Source: Squalus acanthias
Taxonomy: Eukaryota
Assembly: GCA_030390025.1 (NCBI GenBank)
Contig: CM059432.1
Span: 8,990,001-9,054,000 of the forward strand
Length of the DNA: 64,000 nt
Direction: 5' to 3'
Part shown: positions 28,432-40,400 of the stretch, in pieces
How positions within the stretch are numbered: the stretch's first letter is position 1
Layout of the letters: each line of letters opens with the position of its first letter
Translations under genes and position numbers: made by a program
The notes under the pieces: model-generated
Database searches by the model: none
The model's input: only the letters and a program-made list of their open reading frames with translations
Told to the model about the DNA's origin: nothing

Positions 28432-28642
28432 ACTGCCAAAATCCCCCTCAATAGGGGATTGGTGTGATCTCAGCCTTCTGTATGAAAGTAGATCACCTAA
28501 GAACCGAATCAGTGAGATTTTGGACTAGAAATCGTGCCACATTGTTTGTTTTGTAATGCGTTCTGAGTGGTTCGGGGTGGTTGCATCTCATATGTATGTG
28601 TATCTAAAAGAGAACACACCACAAAAATAGTTAACATGTTAA

Positions 28643-28803
28643 TTTTAAATCTGAGATTGATATATTTTTGTTAAGCAAAGGTATTAAGGGATATGGGGCA
28701 AAGGCGGGTATATGGAGTTAGGTCGCAGATCAGCCGTGATCTCACTGAATGGTGGAACAGGCTCGAGGGGCTGAATGGCCTCCTCCTGTTCCTATGTTCC
28801 TAC
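28643..28803 (+). mobile_element. CR1 3' end fragment
   Basis: GIKGYG coding end plus 3'UTR and cctatgttcc tail. Confidence 0.8.
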
Positions 28804-28849
28804 ATTCCAAGATGCAAGACCTGACCCTCCACTCAACATTATGTCCATT

Positions 28850-30135
28850 ACCTTTACCTGAACTCCCTCCACCCACACTGAACAGCACTTTTCTCACTGC
28901 TTCTCCCCCTCTTTTACTCCCTCCCCTCCTCCTACCCACCCCATCCTCTCTTCCCCCTCACCCCTACCCTCCTCCACCCCTATCACTAAAAGCTAGTTAA
29001 TTAAAAAGGCTAATGAAATGTTAGCCTTTATCTCAAGGCGGCTGGAATAAAAAGGGGTGGAAGTAATGTCACAGTTATATAAAGCTCTGGCTAGACCCCA
29101 TTTACAGAACTGCAACCTGTTCTGGGCACCGCACTCCAGGAAGGGTATATTGGCCTTGGAGCGAGTGCAGCGAAGATTCACCAGAATGATACCGGGGCTA
29201 AAAGGGTTAAATTATGAGAACAGGCTGAATAGACTAGGATTGTATTCCCTTGAGTATAGAAGTTTAAGAGGTGATTTATTTGAGTTGTTTCAGATGATTA
29301 AAGGAGTTGATAGGGTGGACAGAAAGAAACTATTTCCTCTGGTGGCAGAGTCCAGAACAAGGGGGCATAACCTTAAAATTAGAGCTAGGCCATTCAAGGG
29401 TGACGTCAGGAAGCACTTCTTCACACAAAGGGTGGTGGAAATCGGGAACTCTCTCCCCCAAAAAGCTGTTGAGGCTGGGGGGTCAATTGGAAATTTCAGA
29501 ACTGAGATTGATAGATTTTTGTTAGGCAAAGGTGTTAAGGGTTATGGAACCAAGGCAGGTAGATGGAGTTAAGATACAGATCAGCTATGATCTAATTGAA
29601 TTGCGGACCAGGCTTGAGGGGCTGAATGGCCTACTCCTGTCCCAATGTTCCTATCCCTCTCCTCTCCCTCCCACTGATTTCTCCCCATTCCTCCCCTCCT
29701 TTCCTACTCCTTTCCCTCCCGCTGCACTCTGCTTCTCATTCGTCTCCCTATCCTCTTTCATTCCCTTGCTTCCCCCTCCCTTTTTTCTCTCCTTCTGCAC
29801 ACTGCCTCCTTCTCCCTTCCCTCCTCCTGCCCATTGGTTTCCCTTCTCTCCCCTCACTCCTCTTCCTCTCTTGGGCTTCTTATCCCCTTGCCCTCTCCCT
29901 CCTCATCTGGTTCCTCTCCTTCTTCCTTCCTCTCCTCAATCTTTCTCCATTCTCCTCTCCTCCCTCCCCTTCCTCCTCCCTCGAAACTCCTTCTCCTCCT
30001 TCTTTACCCCTCCCCTCTCCTGCTCCTTTCCTCCCCCGCACTTCCTCCACCTCCCTCCTCCTCATCCTCCCTCCTCATCATCCTCTTCGCCCCCCCTCTC
30101 CCACTTCCTTTCCCTGAACCCTCTCTCCCTTCGAC
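28850..30135. repeat. polypyrimidine (C/T-rich) low-complexity tract split by a CR1 fragment
   Basis: 28850-28985 and 29655-30135 are almost entirely C/T. Confidence 0.85.
28995..29652 (+). mobile_element. CR1 3' fragment
   Basis: ORF 29057-29572 LYKALARPHL...FFTQRVV; 3'UTR. Confidence 0.9.
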
Positions 30136-30349
30136 CACTTCAAATCTGACTGCTGGTGCCTGAAATCCTCACCTCTATCATTCTCAATGTGCTAAGCCCT
30201 ACTTAATGGAAATGGCATAACATATTAATGAACTAGTTTCACATTATGGGGTGAGGTCAGCACAGATAGAGCATCTGCACATAAGCACGTGACCTAGTGG
30301 TGCTATGTGGGGACTGCATAATTAACCCATATAAGGACATAAGTGAAAC

Positions 30350-31035
30350 AAACTGCATTTCTATAGCGCCTTTAATGTAATAAAAATGTCCCAAGGCGCT
30401 TCACAGGAGCGATTATCAAACAAAATCTAACACCGAGCCACATAAGGAGATATTAGGGCAGGTGACCAAAAGCTCAGTCAAAGAGGTAGGTTTTAAGGAG
30501 CGATTTAAAGGAAGAGAGAGAGGTAGAGAGGTTTAGGGAGGGAATTCCAGCGCTTAGGGACTAGGCAACAGAAGGCACGGCCACCAATGGTGGAGCGATT
30601 AAAATCAGGGATGCTCAAGAGGCCAGAATTAGAGGAGCGCAGATATCTCGGGCGGGTGCGGGGGGCGGGGGGCGCGGGTGTTGTGGGTTGAAGGAGATTA
30701 CAGAGATAGGGAGGGGTGAGGCCATGGAGGGATTTGAAAACAAGGATGAGAATTTTAAAATTGAGGCATTGCCGGCCCAGGATCCGATGTAGGTCAGAGA
30801 CCACAGGGGGGTGATGGGTGAACGGGACTTGGTGCGAGTTAGAATACGGGCAAAAGAGTTTGGGATGAGCGCAAGATTATGGAGGGTGGAAGGTGGGAGA
30901 CCGGCCAGGAGAGCATTGGAGTAGTCGAGTCTGAAGGTAATAAAGGCATGGGTGAGGGTTTCAGCAGCAGATGAGTTGAGGCAGGGGTGGAGTTGGGCAA
31001 TGTTACAGAGGTGGTCTTGGTGATGGAGAGGATAT
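30350..31035 (-). mobile_element. L2 LINE 3' fragment
   Basis: ORF 30505-30804 FKILILVFKSLHGLTPPYL...LRSSNSGLL...GGRAF. Confidence 0.85.
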
Positions 31036-31124
31036 CAAATTGGATACTGCATTGCTAGTAAATACATTGACCCGAAATTCTCTGGGGAGGGTTCCCTGCT
31101 CCCTGATCTCCCACCATAACTTTT

Positions 31125-32281
31125 TTTTTTATTCGTTCATGGATGTGGGCATCGCTGGCAAGGCCAGCATTTATTGCCCATCCCTAATTGCCCTTGAGAA
31201 GGTGGTGTTGAGCCGCCTTCTTGAACCGCTGCAGTCCGTGTGATGAAGGTGCTCCCACAGTGCCATTAGGGAGGGAGTTCCAGGATTTTGACCCAGCGAT
31301 GATGAAGGAACGGCGATATACTTTTAAGTCAGGATGGTGTGTGACTTGGAGGGGAACTTGGAGGTGGTGGTGTTCCCATGCGCATGCTGCCCTTGTCCTT
31401 CTAGGTGGAAGAGGTCGTGGGTTTGGGAGGTGCTGCCGAAGAAGCCTTGGCGAGTTGCTGCAGTGCATCTTGTAGATGGTACACACTGCAGCCACGGTAC
31501 GCCGGTGGTGGAGGGAGTGAATGTTTAAGGTGGTGGATGCGGTGCCAATCATGCGGGCGGCTTTGTCCTGGATGGTGTTGAGCTTCTTGAGTGTTGTTGG
31601 AGCTGCACTCATCCAGGCAAGTGGAGAATATTCCACATACTCCGTACTTGTGCCTTGTAGATGGTGGAAAGGCTTTGGGGAGTCAGGGGGTGAGACACTC
31701 GCCACAGAATACCTAGCCTCTGACCTGCTCTTGTAGCCACAGTATTTATGTGGCTGGTCCAGTTAAGTTTCTGGTCAATGGTGACCCCCAGGATGTTGAT
31801 GGTGGGGGATTTGTTGATGGTGGGGGATTTGGCGATGGTAATGCCGTTGAATGTCACGGAGCGGTGGTTAGACTCTCACTTGTTGGAGATAGTCATTGCC
31901 TGGCACTTGTGTGGTGCGAATGTTACCTGCCACTTATCAGCCGAAGCCTGAACGTTGTCCAAGTCTTGTTGCATGTGGGCATGGACTGCTTCATTATCTG
32001 AGGAGTTGTGAATGGCACTGAACACTGTGCATTCATCAGCAAACATCCCCACTTCTGACCTTATGTTGGAGGGAAGGTCATTGATGAAGCAGTTGAAGAT
32101 GGTTGGGCCTAGGACACTCCCCTGAGGAACTCCTGCAGCAATGTCCTGGGGCTGTGATGATTGACCTCCAACCACCACAACCATCTTCCTTTGTGCTAGG
32201 TATGACTCCAGCCAGTGGAGAGTTTTATCCCCCAATTCCCATTGACTTCAGTTTTACTCAGGCTCCTTGATGTCACACTCG
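31125..32281 (-). mobile_element. 'family B' CR1/L2-group LINE, RT fragment
   Basis: [31 protein letters not shown] motifs across ORFs 31184-32235. Confidence 0.9.
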
Positions 32282-32637
32282 GGTGGGGGACTGACAGAAC
32301 CTCAAGGGAAATGGTGCAAATGGCTAAATGGGATCATCTACCCCATTTCCCTCGGGGTTCTGCTGTTCTCCCACTGCTGTTAGAGACTGGGAGACTGGGA
32401 GAACACTCATGGAATTCCTGGGCCACAATGTGCTGATGGAACAGATTGGGCAAATCATTGAATATCGGAATATTGCATTACATATCGCAGCCTTTTTACC
32501 CTGCGAAAGTCCCATGCCTCCCAAGCTCTGCTTCCCAAACAATTCAACAATAGCTTTCTGGGGAAGAGCGGACTCTTTCATGCCTGGGGTTTTGGCTTGC
32601 TCATTGGAGGTTTAATACACAAGAGCAATGAGGATCC

Positions 32638-32745
32638 CAGCTCTGACGAAAGGTCAACCGACCTGAAACATTAACTCTGTTTCTCTCTCTCCACAGATGC
32701 TGCCTGACCAGCCGAGTGCTTTCCAGCATTTTCCGTTTTTATGAT
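32638..32745 (+). mobile_element. Penelope-like terminal fragment with variant hammerhead core
   Basis: ctgacgaaaggtcaaccgacctgaaacattaact followed by the ctctctccacagatgctgcc motif. Confidence 0.7.
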
Positions 32746-32896
32746 TTGTTAGTAAAAGGACCCACAAAGACCCACGTTGTCTTTTTTTACTTGAGTAGTA
32801 ATGAAGTTCTTCGCTTCTTCAGGTTCAATACTTTTATTTCTTCAGTCAGCGTGCAAAGCACTTTACAAGCAAAGTAGGTTAAACAGATACGCGTAC

Positions 32897-33370
32897 AGAA
32901 AGAAAGAAAGAAAGACTTGCATTTAAATAGCGCCTTTCACGACCACCGGACATCTCAAAGCGCTTTACAGCCAATGAAGTATTTTTTGAAGTGGAGTCAC
33001 TGTTGTAATGTGGGAAACGCAGCAGCCAATTTGCGCACAGCAAGCTCCCACAAACAGCAATGTGATAATGACCAGATAATCTGTTTTTGTTATGTTGGTT
33101 GAGGGATAAATATTGGCCGGGACACCGGGGATAACTCCCCTGCTCTTCTTCGAAATAGTGGCCGTGGGATCTTTTAGGTCCACTTGAGAGAGCAGACAGG
33201 GCCTCAATTTAACGTCTCATCCGAAAGACGGCACCTCTGCCAATGCGGCACTCCCTCAGCACTGCACTGGGAGTGTCAGCCTAGATATATGTGCTCAAGT
33301 CTCTGGAGTCGGACTATGAGCCCACAACCTTCTGACTCAGAGGTAAGGGTGCTACCCACTGAGCCACAGC
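32897..33370 (-). mobile_element. tRNA-derived Deu-SINE (SacSINE1-like)
   Basis: A box tggctcagtgg, Deu-like gtctttcggatgagacgttaaa core, L2-like tail with (tttc)n. Confidence 0.85.
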
Positions 33371-33564
33371 AGAAATGTAAACGTGCATTTTTTTCGTTGC
33401 ACTTATTTTTCTAAGCATAAAATGTCTCTTTTATTATGATTCTTGGCCCCCAGAAAAATTGAATCTGCCTCTTCTCCCTTGATTGGATTCCTTCTGGCAC
33501 CTGACTTAATATGACACCTCCCCTTCAGTAACCTTCCCTCGCCTCTAGACTAGTCCAAGGCCAA

Positions 33565-34418
33565 GTTGAGTCAGTGGGCAGATACAAGGCAGATGCAGTA
33601 TAACGTGGATAAATGTGAAGTTATCCACTTCGGTAGGATAAACAGAAAGGCAGAGTATTATTTAAATGGTGATAGATTGGGAAATGAGGGACCTGGGTGT
33701 CCTTGTACACCAGTCACTGAAAGCAAACATGCAGATGCAGCAAGCAGTTAGGAAGGCAAATGGTATGTTGGCCTTCATTGCAAGAGGATTTGAGTACAGG
33801 AACAAGGATGTCTTACTACAGTTGTACAGGGCCTTGGTGCGACCACACCTGGAGTACTGTGTGCAGTTTTGGTCTCCTTACCTAAGAAAGGAAATACTTG
33901 CCATAGAGGGAGTGCAGCGAAGGTTCACCAGACTGATTCCTGGGATGGCAGGACTGTTGTATGAGGAGAGATTGGGTCGACTAGGCCTGTATTCACTAGA
34001 GGTTAGAAGAATGAGAGGGGAGCTCATTGAAACGTATAAAATTCTGACAGGGCTAGACAGACTGGATGCAGGGAGGATGTTTCCCCTGGCTGGGGGGTCT
34101 AGAACAAGGGGTCACAGTCTCAGGATATGGGGTAGGACATTTAGGACTGAGATGAGGAGAAATTTCTTCACTCAGAGGGTGGTGAACCTGTGGAATTCTC
34201 TACCACAGAAGGCTGTGGAGGCCAAGTCACTGAATATATTTAAGAAGGAGATAGATAGATTTCTAGACACAAAAGGCATCAAGGGGTATGGGGAGAGAGT
34301 GGGAATATGGTGTTGAGATAGAGGATCAGCCATGATCATATTGAATGGCGGAGCAGGCTCGAAGGGCCGAATGGCCTACTCCTGCTCCTATTTTTCTATG
34401 TTTTCTATGTTTCTATGT
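33565..34418 (+). mobile_element. CR1 3' fragment
   Basis: ORF 33666-34316; (ttctatgt)n tail. Confidence 0.92.
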
Positions 34419-34837
34419 TATCCTGCACGTAGCATGCTCTTATCTCGGCTGTCCTCATCCTTTTAGCTGTCTGCCTTCTGTGTGAAAACCAACTGCATTT
34501 TAATAACTCCTTTTGTCTTTCAAACGTTTTCAGCCAAAAGGCCTTCTTCTGGCAGGCTTCCAGGGTTCAGGCACAATGCTTTATTTCAATCACTTACGCA
34601 CACACACACGCACTATCTCGCAATGATGAACTAGCTTTTAGTTTCCCACCTATCTTTCTGTCAAGCTGATTTCTTAACGTCTCAGTTACCTTATTTTTAT
34701 TTTGTATGCTAAGCTAACTTTTAATATCTCACTGAGCTCTCTGCCCCTTCCTTCTCCTTGTTTCCGCACGTCCCATGTTCCAACATGATTGAGGATTCAA
34801 ACTGGCTGATTTGGCCCATTGAATTCTTTTCTTGTTG

Positions 34838-35775
34838 CATAAGAACATAAGATATAGGAGCAGGAGTCGGCCAAACGGCCCCTCGAGCCTGCTCCGACAT
34901 TCAATAAGATCATGGCTGATCTTTGACCTCAACTCCACTTTCCCACCTGATCCCCATATCCCTTGATTTCTCTAGAGTCCAAAGATCTCAGCCTTGAATA
35001 TACTCAATGACTGAGCATCCACAGCCCTCTGCGGCAGAGAATTCCAAAGAATCACAACCCTCTGAGTGAAGAAATTCCTCCTCACCTCAGTCTTCAAATG
35101 GCCGACCACTTATCCTGAGACTATGCCCCTTAGTTCTAGACTCACCAGCCAAGGGAAATAATCTTTAATGTCAGCTGTGGCTCAGTGGGTAGCAGTCTCA
35201 CCTCTGAGTCAGAAGATCGTGGGTTCAAGTCCCACTCCAGAGACGCTGAGGGAGTGCTGCACTGTCGGAGGTGCCGTCTTGTGGATGAGACATTAAACCG
35301 AGGCCCCGACTGCTCTCTCAGATGGATGTAAAAGATCCCATGGCACTCTTTCGAAGAAGAGCAGGGGTGTTATCCCTGGTGTCCTGGCCAATATTTATCC
35401 CTCAATCAACATAACAAAAACAGATTATCTGGTCATTATGCTGTTTGTGGGAGCTTGCTGAGCGCAAATTGGCTGCTGCGTTTCTACATTACAACAGTGA
35501 ATACATTCCAAAAGTGCTTCATTGGCTGTAAAGCGCTTTGAGACGGCCGGTGGTCATGAAAGGCGCCATATAAATGCAAGTCTTTCTTATTTTTCTCTTT
35601 TTCTCAGCATCTACCCTGTCAATCCCCCTCAGAATCTTATATGTTTCAAAGAGATCATCTCTCATTCTTCTAAACTCCTGAGAGTATAGGCCCAATCTTT
35701 TCAATCTCTCCTCACAGGACAACCCTCTCACCCCAGGGCTCAGTCCAGTGAACCTTTATTGCACCGCCTCAAAGG
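34838..35775 (-). mobile_element. CR1 3' fragment split by a SINE
   Basis: cataagaacataag tail; CR1 sequence resumes at ~35600. Confidence 0.85.
35168..35600 (+). mobile_element. Deu-SINE (SacSINE1-like)
   Basis: A box tggctcagtgg, B box ggttcaagtcc, Deu core, L2-like tail. Confidence 0.85.
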
Positions 35776-36249
35776 CATTTTCTGAGCTGTCGTGATATGC
35801 GGCACTCATTTGGATTCTCTGTTCTTAATACTTTAATACCTTACTTACGGCATGGAAATTTATGCTGGTTAGAAGGCTCTTCAGCTACATGTAAAATGTC
35901 AAAGGATTATTGCGGCAGATGTGATATAATTGGCTGTGTTTCTTCCTCCCACTCCCGTAAACAAAATTGCATTCTCAGAAGTCACAAGGCTATAAACTGC
36001 CAGTTCCCAAGGCGTTGTAAGTAGGTCATAAATGTTGAGGAAAAATGGTCATTTTTCTCGAACACTGTTTGGTCCTGCAATTAAGTTGTGGTGTTGAATT
36101 CTAAAGGTATTTGCAAAGAGGAAGTTTCTCCATTAATATGTAATCCCTCTTATAATTCAAACAATTATAAGGGATTAACATTCACATACTTTCTTCCTGT
36201 TGTTTCTAATTCTTTGTTGGATATTTTAAGAGGTTTACCGATGTGAAGA

Positions 36250-37438
36250 CTTCTTCTTAGGCAATCCCTCGGGAACCGAGGATGACTTGCTTCCACATTA
36301 AAAATGAGTTCTCAGGTGACTGATGAGTCCAATGCGGGACCTACAGTCTCTGTCACAGGTGGGGCAGACGGTGGTTGAAGGGGCGGGCGGGTGGGGTGCT
36401 TGGGTTGACGTGCGCTCCTTGCGCTGCTTGCGCTTGGCTTCCGCTTGCTCCCGCCGAAGAGACTCGAGGTGTTCGGCGCCTTCCCGGATGCTTCTCCTCC
36501 ACTTTGTGCGGTCTTGGGCCAGGGATTCCCAGGTGTCAGTGGGGATGTTGCACTTTTTCAAGGAGGCTTTGAGGGTGTCCTTGAAGTGTTTCCTCTGCCC
36601 ACCTGGGGCTCTCTTGCCATGTCGGAGCTCCGAGTAGAGCGCTTGTTTTGGGAGTCTCGTATCGGGCATGCAGACGATGTGACCCGTCTATCGGAGCTGA
36701 TCGAGCGTGGTCAAAGCTTCGATGCTGGGGATATTTGACTGAGTGAGAACACTGACGTTGGTGCGCCTATCCTGCCAGTGGATTTGCAGGATCTTGCGGA
36801 GGCAGTGTTGGTGGTACCTCTCCAGTGCTTTGAGGCACCTGCTGTACATGGTCCATGTCTCTGAAGCATACAGGAGGGCGGGTATCACTACTGCTCTGTA
36901 GACAATGAGCTTGGTGCCGGATTTGAGGTCCTGGTCTTTAAACACTCTCTTCTTCAGGTGACCGAAGGCTGCACTGGCACACTGAAGGCGGTGTTGGACT
37001 TCGTCATCGACGTCTACCCTTGTTGACAGTAGGCTCCCGAGGTATGGAAAGTGGTCCACGCTGTCCAAGGCCTTGTCATGTATTTCGATAATCGGGGGGC
37101 AGTACTGTGTGGCGGGGGCAGGTTGGTAGAGGACCTTTGTCTTACGGATGTTTAATGTAAGGCCCATGCTCTCGTACGCTTCGGTGAAGGTGTTGACGAT
37201 GGTTTGGAGTTCAACCTCCGAGTGTGCTCAGACGCAAGCGTCGTCTGCATACTATAATTCGATGACAGCCTTGGATCTGGACTGGAGGCGACGGAGGTTG
37301 AACAGTTTCCCGTTTGTTCTGTAAATTAGCTCCACTCCAGCGGGGAGCTTACTGAGGGTGAGATGGAGCATTGCAGCAAGGAAGATCGAGAAGAGCATTA
37401 GTACGATGACACAGGCTTGCATGACCCCGGTCCGTACC
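36250..37438 (-). mobile_element. RTE-clade LINE 3' portion
   Basis: YADD-like site, FPYLGS, LLYASETW, RLPKQALYSEL..GKR..GGQRK, C-terminal CPTCDRDCRSRIGLISH; (aag)n tail. Confidence 0.9.
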
Positions 37439-37625
37439 AACTGACGACTACCAAGTTAACGGTTAGCAACATAGGACCAGGAGGAGGCCATTCAGTGCCT
37501 CGAGCCTGTTTCACCATTGAATGAGATCATGGCTGATCTGTATCTTAACTCCATTTACCCACCTTGATTCTGTATCCCAACAAAAATTACATAGGATTAC
37601 ATATGATTACATATACGGCACAGAT

Positions 37626-38147
37626 GTGATGAAATATTCTCCACTTGCCTGGATGAGTGCAGCTCCAACAACACTCAAGAAGCTCGACACCATCCAGGAC
37701 AAAGCAGCCTGCTTGATTTCCACCCCATCCACCACCTTAAACATTCACTCCCTCCACCACCGGCGCACCGTGGCTGCAGTGTGTACCATCTACAAGATGC
37801 ACTGCAGCAACTTGCCAAGGCTTCTTCGGCAGTACCTCCCAAACCCGAGACCTCTTCCACCTAGAAGGACAAGGGCAGCAGGCGCATGGGAACATCACCA
37901 CCTCCAAGTCCCCCTTCAAGTCACACACCATCCTGACTTAGAAGTTTATCGCCGTTCCTTCATCGTTGCTGGGTCAAAATCCTGGAACTCCCTACTTCAC
38001 AGCACTGTGGGAGTACCTTCACCACATGGACTGCAGCGGTTCAAGAAGATGGCTCACCACCACCTTCTCAAGGGCAATTAGGAATGGGCAATAAATGCTG
38101 ACCTAGCCAGCGATGCCCACATCCCATAAAAATGAATTAAAAAAAAA
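37626..38147 (+). mobile_element. 'family B' LINE 3' fragment
   Basis: ORF 37521-38081 YSPLAWMSAAPTTLKKLDTIQDKA; aatgaattaaaaaaa tail. Confidence 0.88.
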
Positions 38148-38522
38148 TATTGGGGTAGTTGAAATCCCCCGTGATTATTATTCTATGTTTTTTACTTATT
38201 TCCCTAATTTTTCTGCATATTTCTTCCTCCACCTCCCTTCCACTATAAGGTGGTCTGTATCCATCAATCTCAGTTTTGAAATTTTCAATTGACCCCAGCC
38301 TCAACAGCTTTTTGGGGGAGAGAGTTCCAGATTCCCACTACCCTTTGTGTGAAGAAGTGCTTCCTGACATCACCCCTGAACGGCCCAGCTCTAGACTCCC
38401 CCTACCAGAGGAAATAGTTTAACCTCTATCTACCCTATCAACTCCTTTAATCATCTTGAACACCTCAATTAGATCACCCCTTAACCTTCTATACTCAAGG
38501 GAATACAAGCCTAGTCTGTGCA

Positions 38523-38982
38523 ATAACAACAGAAAACGCTGGAAAAACTCAGCAGGCCAGGCAGCATCCGTGGAGAGAGAAAGAGAGTTAACGTTTCAGG
38601 TCGATGACCTTTCGTCAGAACTGGGAAGAGCCGGAAATCAAATAGATTTAAGGCCAGGGTAAAGCTGGGAAAAGGGGGAGGGGATAAAAGAACAAAGGGG
38701 GAGATGAAGAGACATTAAGAGACATTAAGAGATATGCAAGGCTAGAGGTGGTGTTAATGTGACAGATTAAGGCTGAAAGAAGTGTGAAATCCACTGGCAG
38801 AATGAAGGACAGCTGCCAACTTCTAGGAGGAAAAAAAAGGTGGGGGGGGGGCAAATAAAAGGGTGGAAAAAATAAAATATAAATGTGATTGGAGCTGAGG
38901 TTATGATCTAAAATTGTTGAACTCGATATTGAGTCCAGAGGGCTGTAGCGTGCCTAAACGAAAGATGAGGTGCTGTTCCTCA
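38523..38982 (-). mobile_element. Penelope-like element 3' fragment
   Basis: Minus strand EEQHLIFRLGTLQPSG plus terminal repeat motif. Confidence 0.8.
38586..38622 (-). ncRNA. minimal type I hammerhead ribozyme motif
   Basis: Reverse complement agtt-CTGACGA-aaggtc atc gacct-GAAAC-GTT-aact. Confidence 0.7.
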
Positions 38983-39919
38983 CCTGTCCTCATAATTGAA
39001 CCCTTTTAGCCCCGCTATCATTCTGGTGAATCTGCGCTGCTCCCCCTCCAAGGCCAACATATCCTTCCTGAGGTGTGGTGCCCAGAACTGAACACAGTGC
39101 TCTAAATGGATTCTAACCAGAGCTCCGTACAGCTGTAACATTACTTCCACCCCTTTGAGATAAAGGCCAACATTCCATTAGCCTTTTTAATTACTTGTTG
39201 TGCCCGTCCACTAGCCCTTAGTGATTTCTGTACGATGGCTGCAATGGTTTTATGTATATTCAGTGCAAGTCCGCACTAAATAAACAGCTTTGTAACAAAA
39301 AGTGACTTCTAGTCCACAGACGCTCAAGGGTCCGTATTAATAAATGACTGTAAATTGCACAGCAGTGTTGCATTCGCCTGGGGAAGGAGCGACAGGCCAG
39401 AAGTCAGCCTTTTAATGATGCTGAGACCCAGATCTTTCAAAGGCCTTCAGTACTCGCAAGACGGCATGAATTTGGAAGGGATTGAAATTGTGTCCGAATT
39501 CCTTATTAGTTTGCTTTCACTTGTCAGCAACAATCGCTTGTGAAACGGCGGCCCGTGACAAGAACGCCGCCATGTTGGGGAAATAGATCGAAGCGCACGG
39601 CTGCGCTGTGAAGAACGGGCGCGGTTTTCTCAATCGCCCGTCCAGTTTCTGCTGCACGGAGCAGGGGGCTTTACGTTGATTGCAAAATCTCAGCTGTGCT
39701 GGGGGGAAACCGTAGGTCATTAATAAGGAGGAACCTTTGAAGTTCCACAGTTAAACTCCAATTATGCTCGGTAACCTTTTCAGCGGCTGCATCTGAAGGC
39801 AGTGAGCATGGATACTGCAGCGACTCATGTTCTTATCCTCTCTGAAGTGACACTAACTTCGCTGTTCAAAGGGTATTTCATGTCGCATTCAGGACTGCAC
39901 TGTTTAATTCCGTTTTCAG

Positions 39920-40400
39920 AAAAAGAAAAAAAAGAAAGATTTGCATTTCTATCGCGCCTTTCACGACCACCGGACGTCCCAAAGCGCTTTACAGCCAATG
40001 CAGTACTTTTTGAAGTGGAGTCACTGTTGTAATGTGGGAAACGCGGCAGCCAATTTGCACACAGCAAGATCCCGCAAACAGCAATAGGCTAATGACCAGA
40101 TAATCTGTTTTTGTTACGTTGATTGAGGGATAAATATTGGCCAGGACACCGAGGGCAACTCCCCTGCTCTTCTTCGAAATAGTGCCATGGGTTCTTTTAC
40201 GTCCACCTGAGAGAGCAGACGGGGACTCGGTTTAACGTCTCATCCGAAAGACAGCACCTCTGACAGTGCAGCACTCGCTCAGCATTGCACTGGGAGTGTC
40301 AGCCCTAGATTTTTGTGCTCAAGTCTGTGGAGTGGGACTTGAACCCACAACCTTCTAACTCAGGAGGCAAGAGTGCTACCCACTGAGCCACTGGCTGACA
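39920..40400 (-). mobile_element. Deu-SINE (SacSINE1-like)
   Basis: Full head (A/B boxes), Deu core and tail. Confidence 0.88.

Larger units (their letters stand above)
37468..39230 (-). mobile_element. CR1 3' fragment carrying nested insertions
   Basis: Tail at 37468-37585 continues at 38259-38520 and 38985-39230. Confidence 0.7.

Noticed and set aside
29532..30163. Pro/Ser/Leu-rich ORFs
   Set aside because: Translation of a polypyrimidine tract
35168..35240. tRNA gene-like A/B boxes (also at 33300, 40330, 42160, 57850)
   Set aside because: These are SINE heads followed by Deu or V domains, not complete tRNA genes
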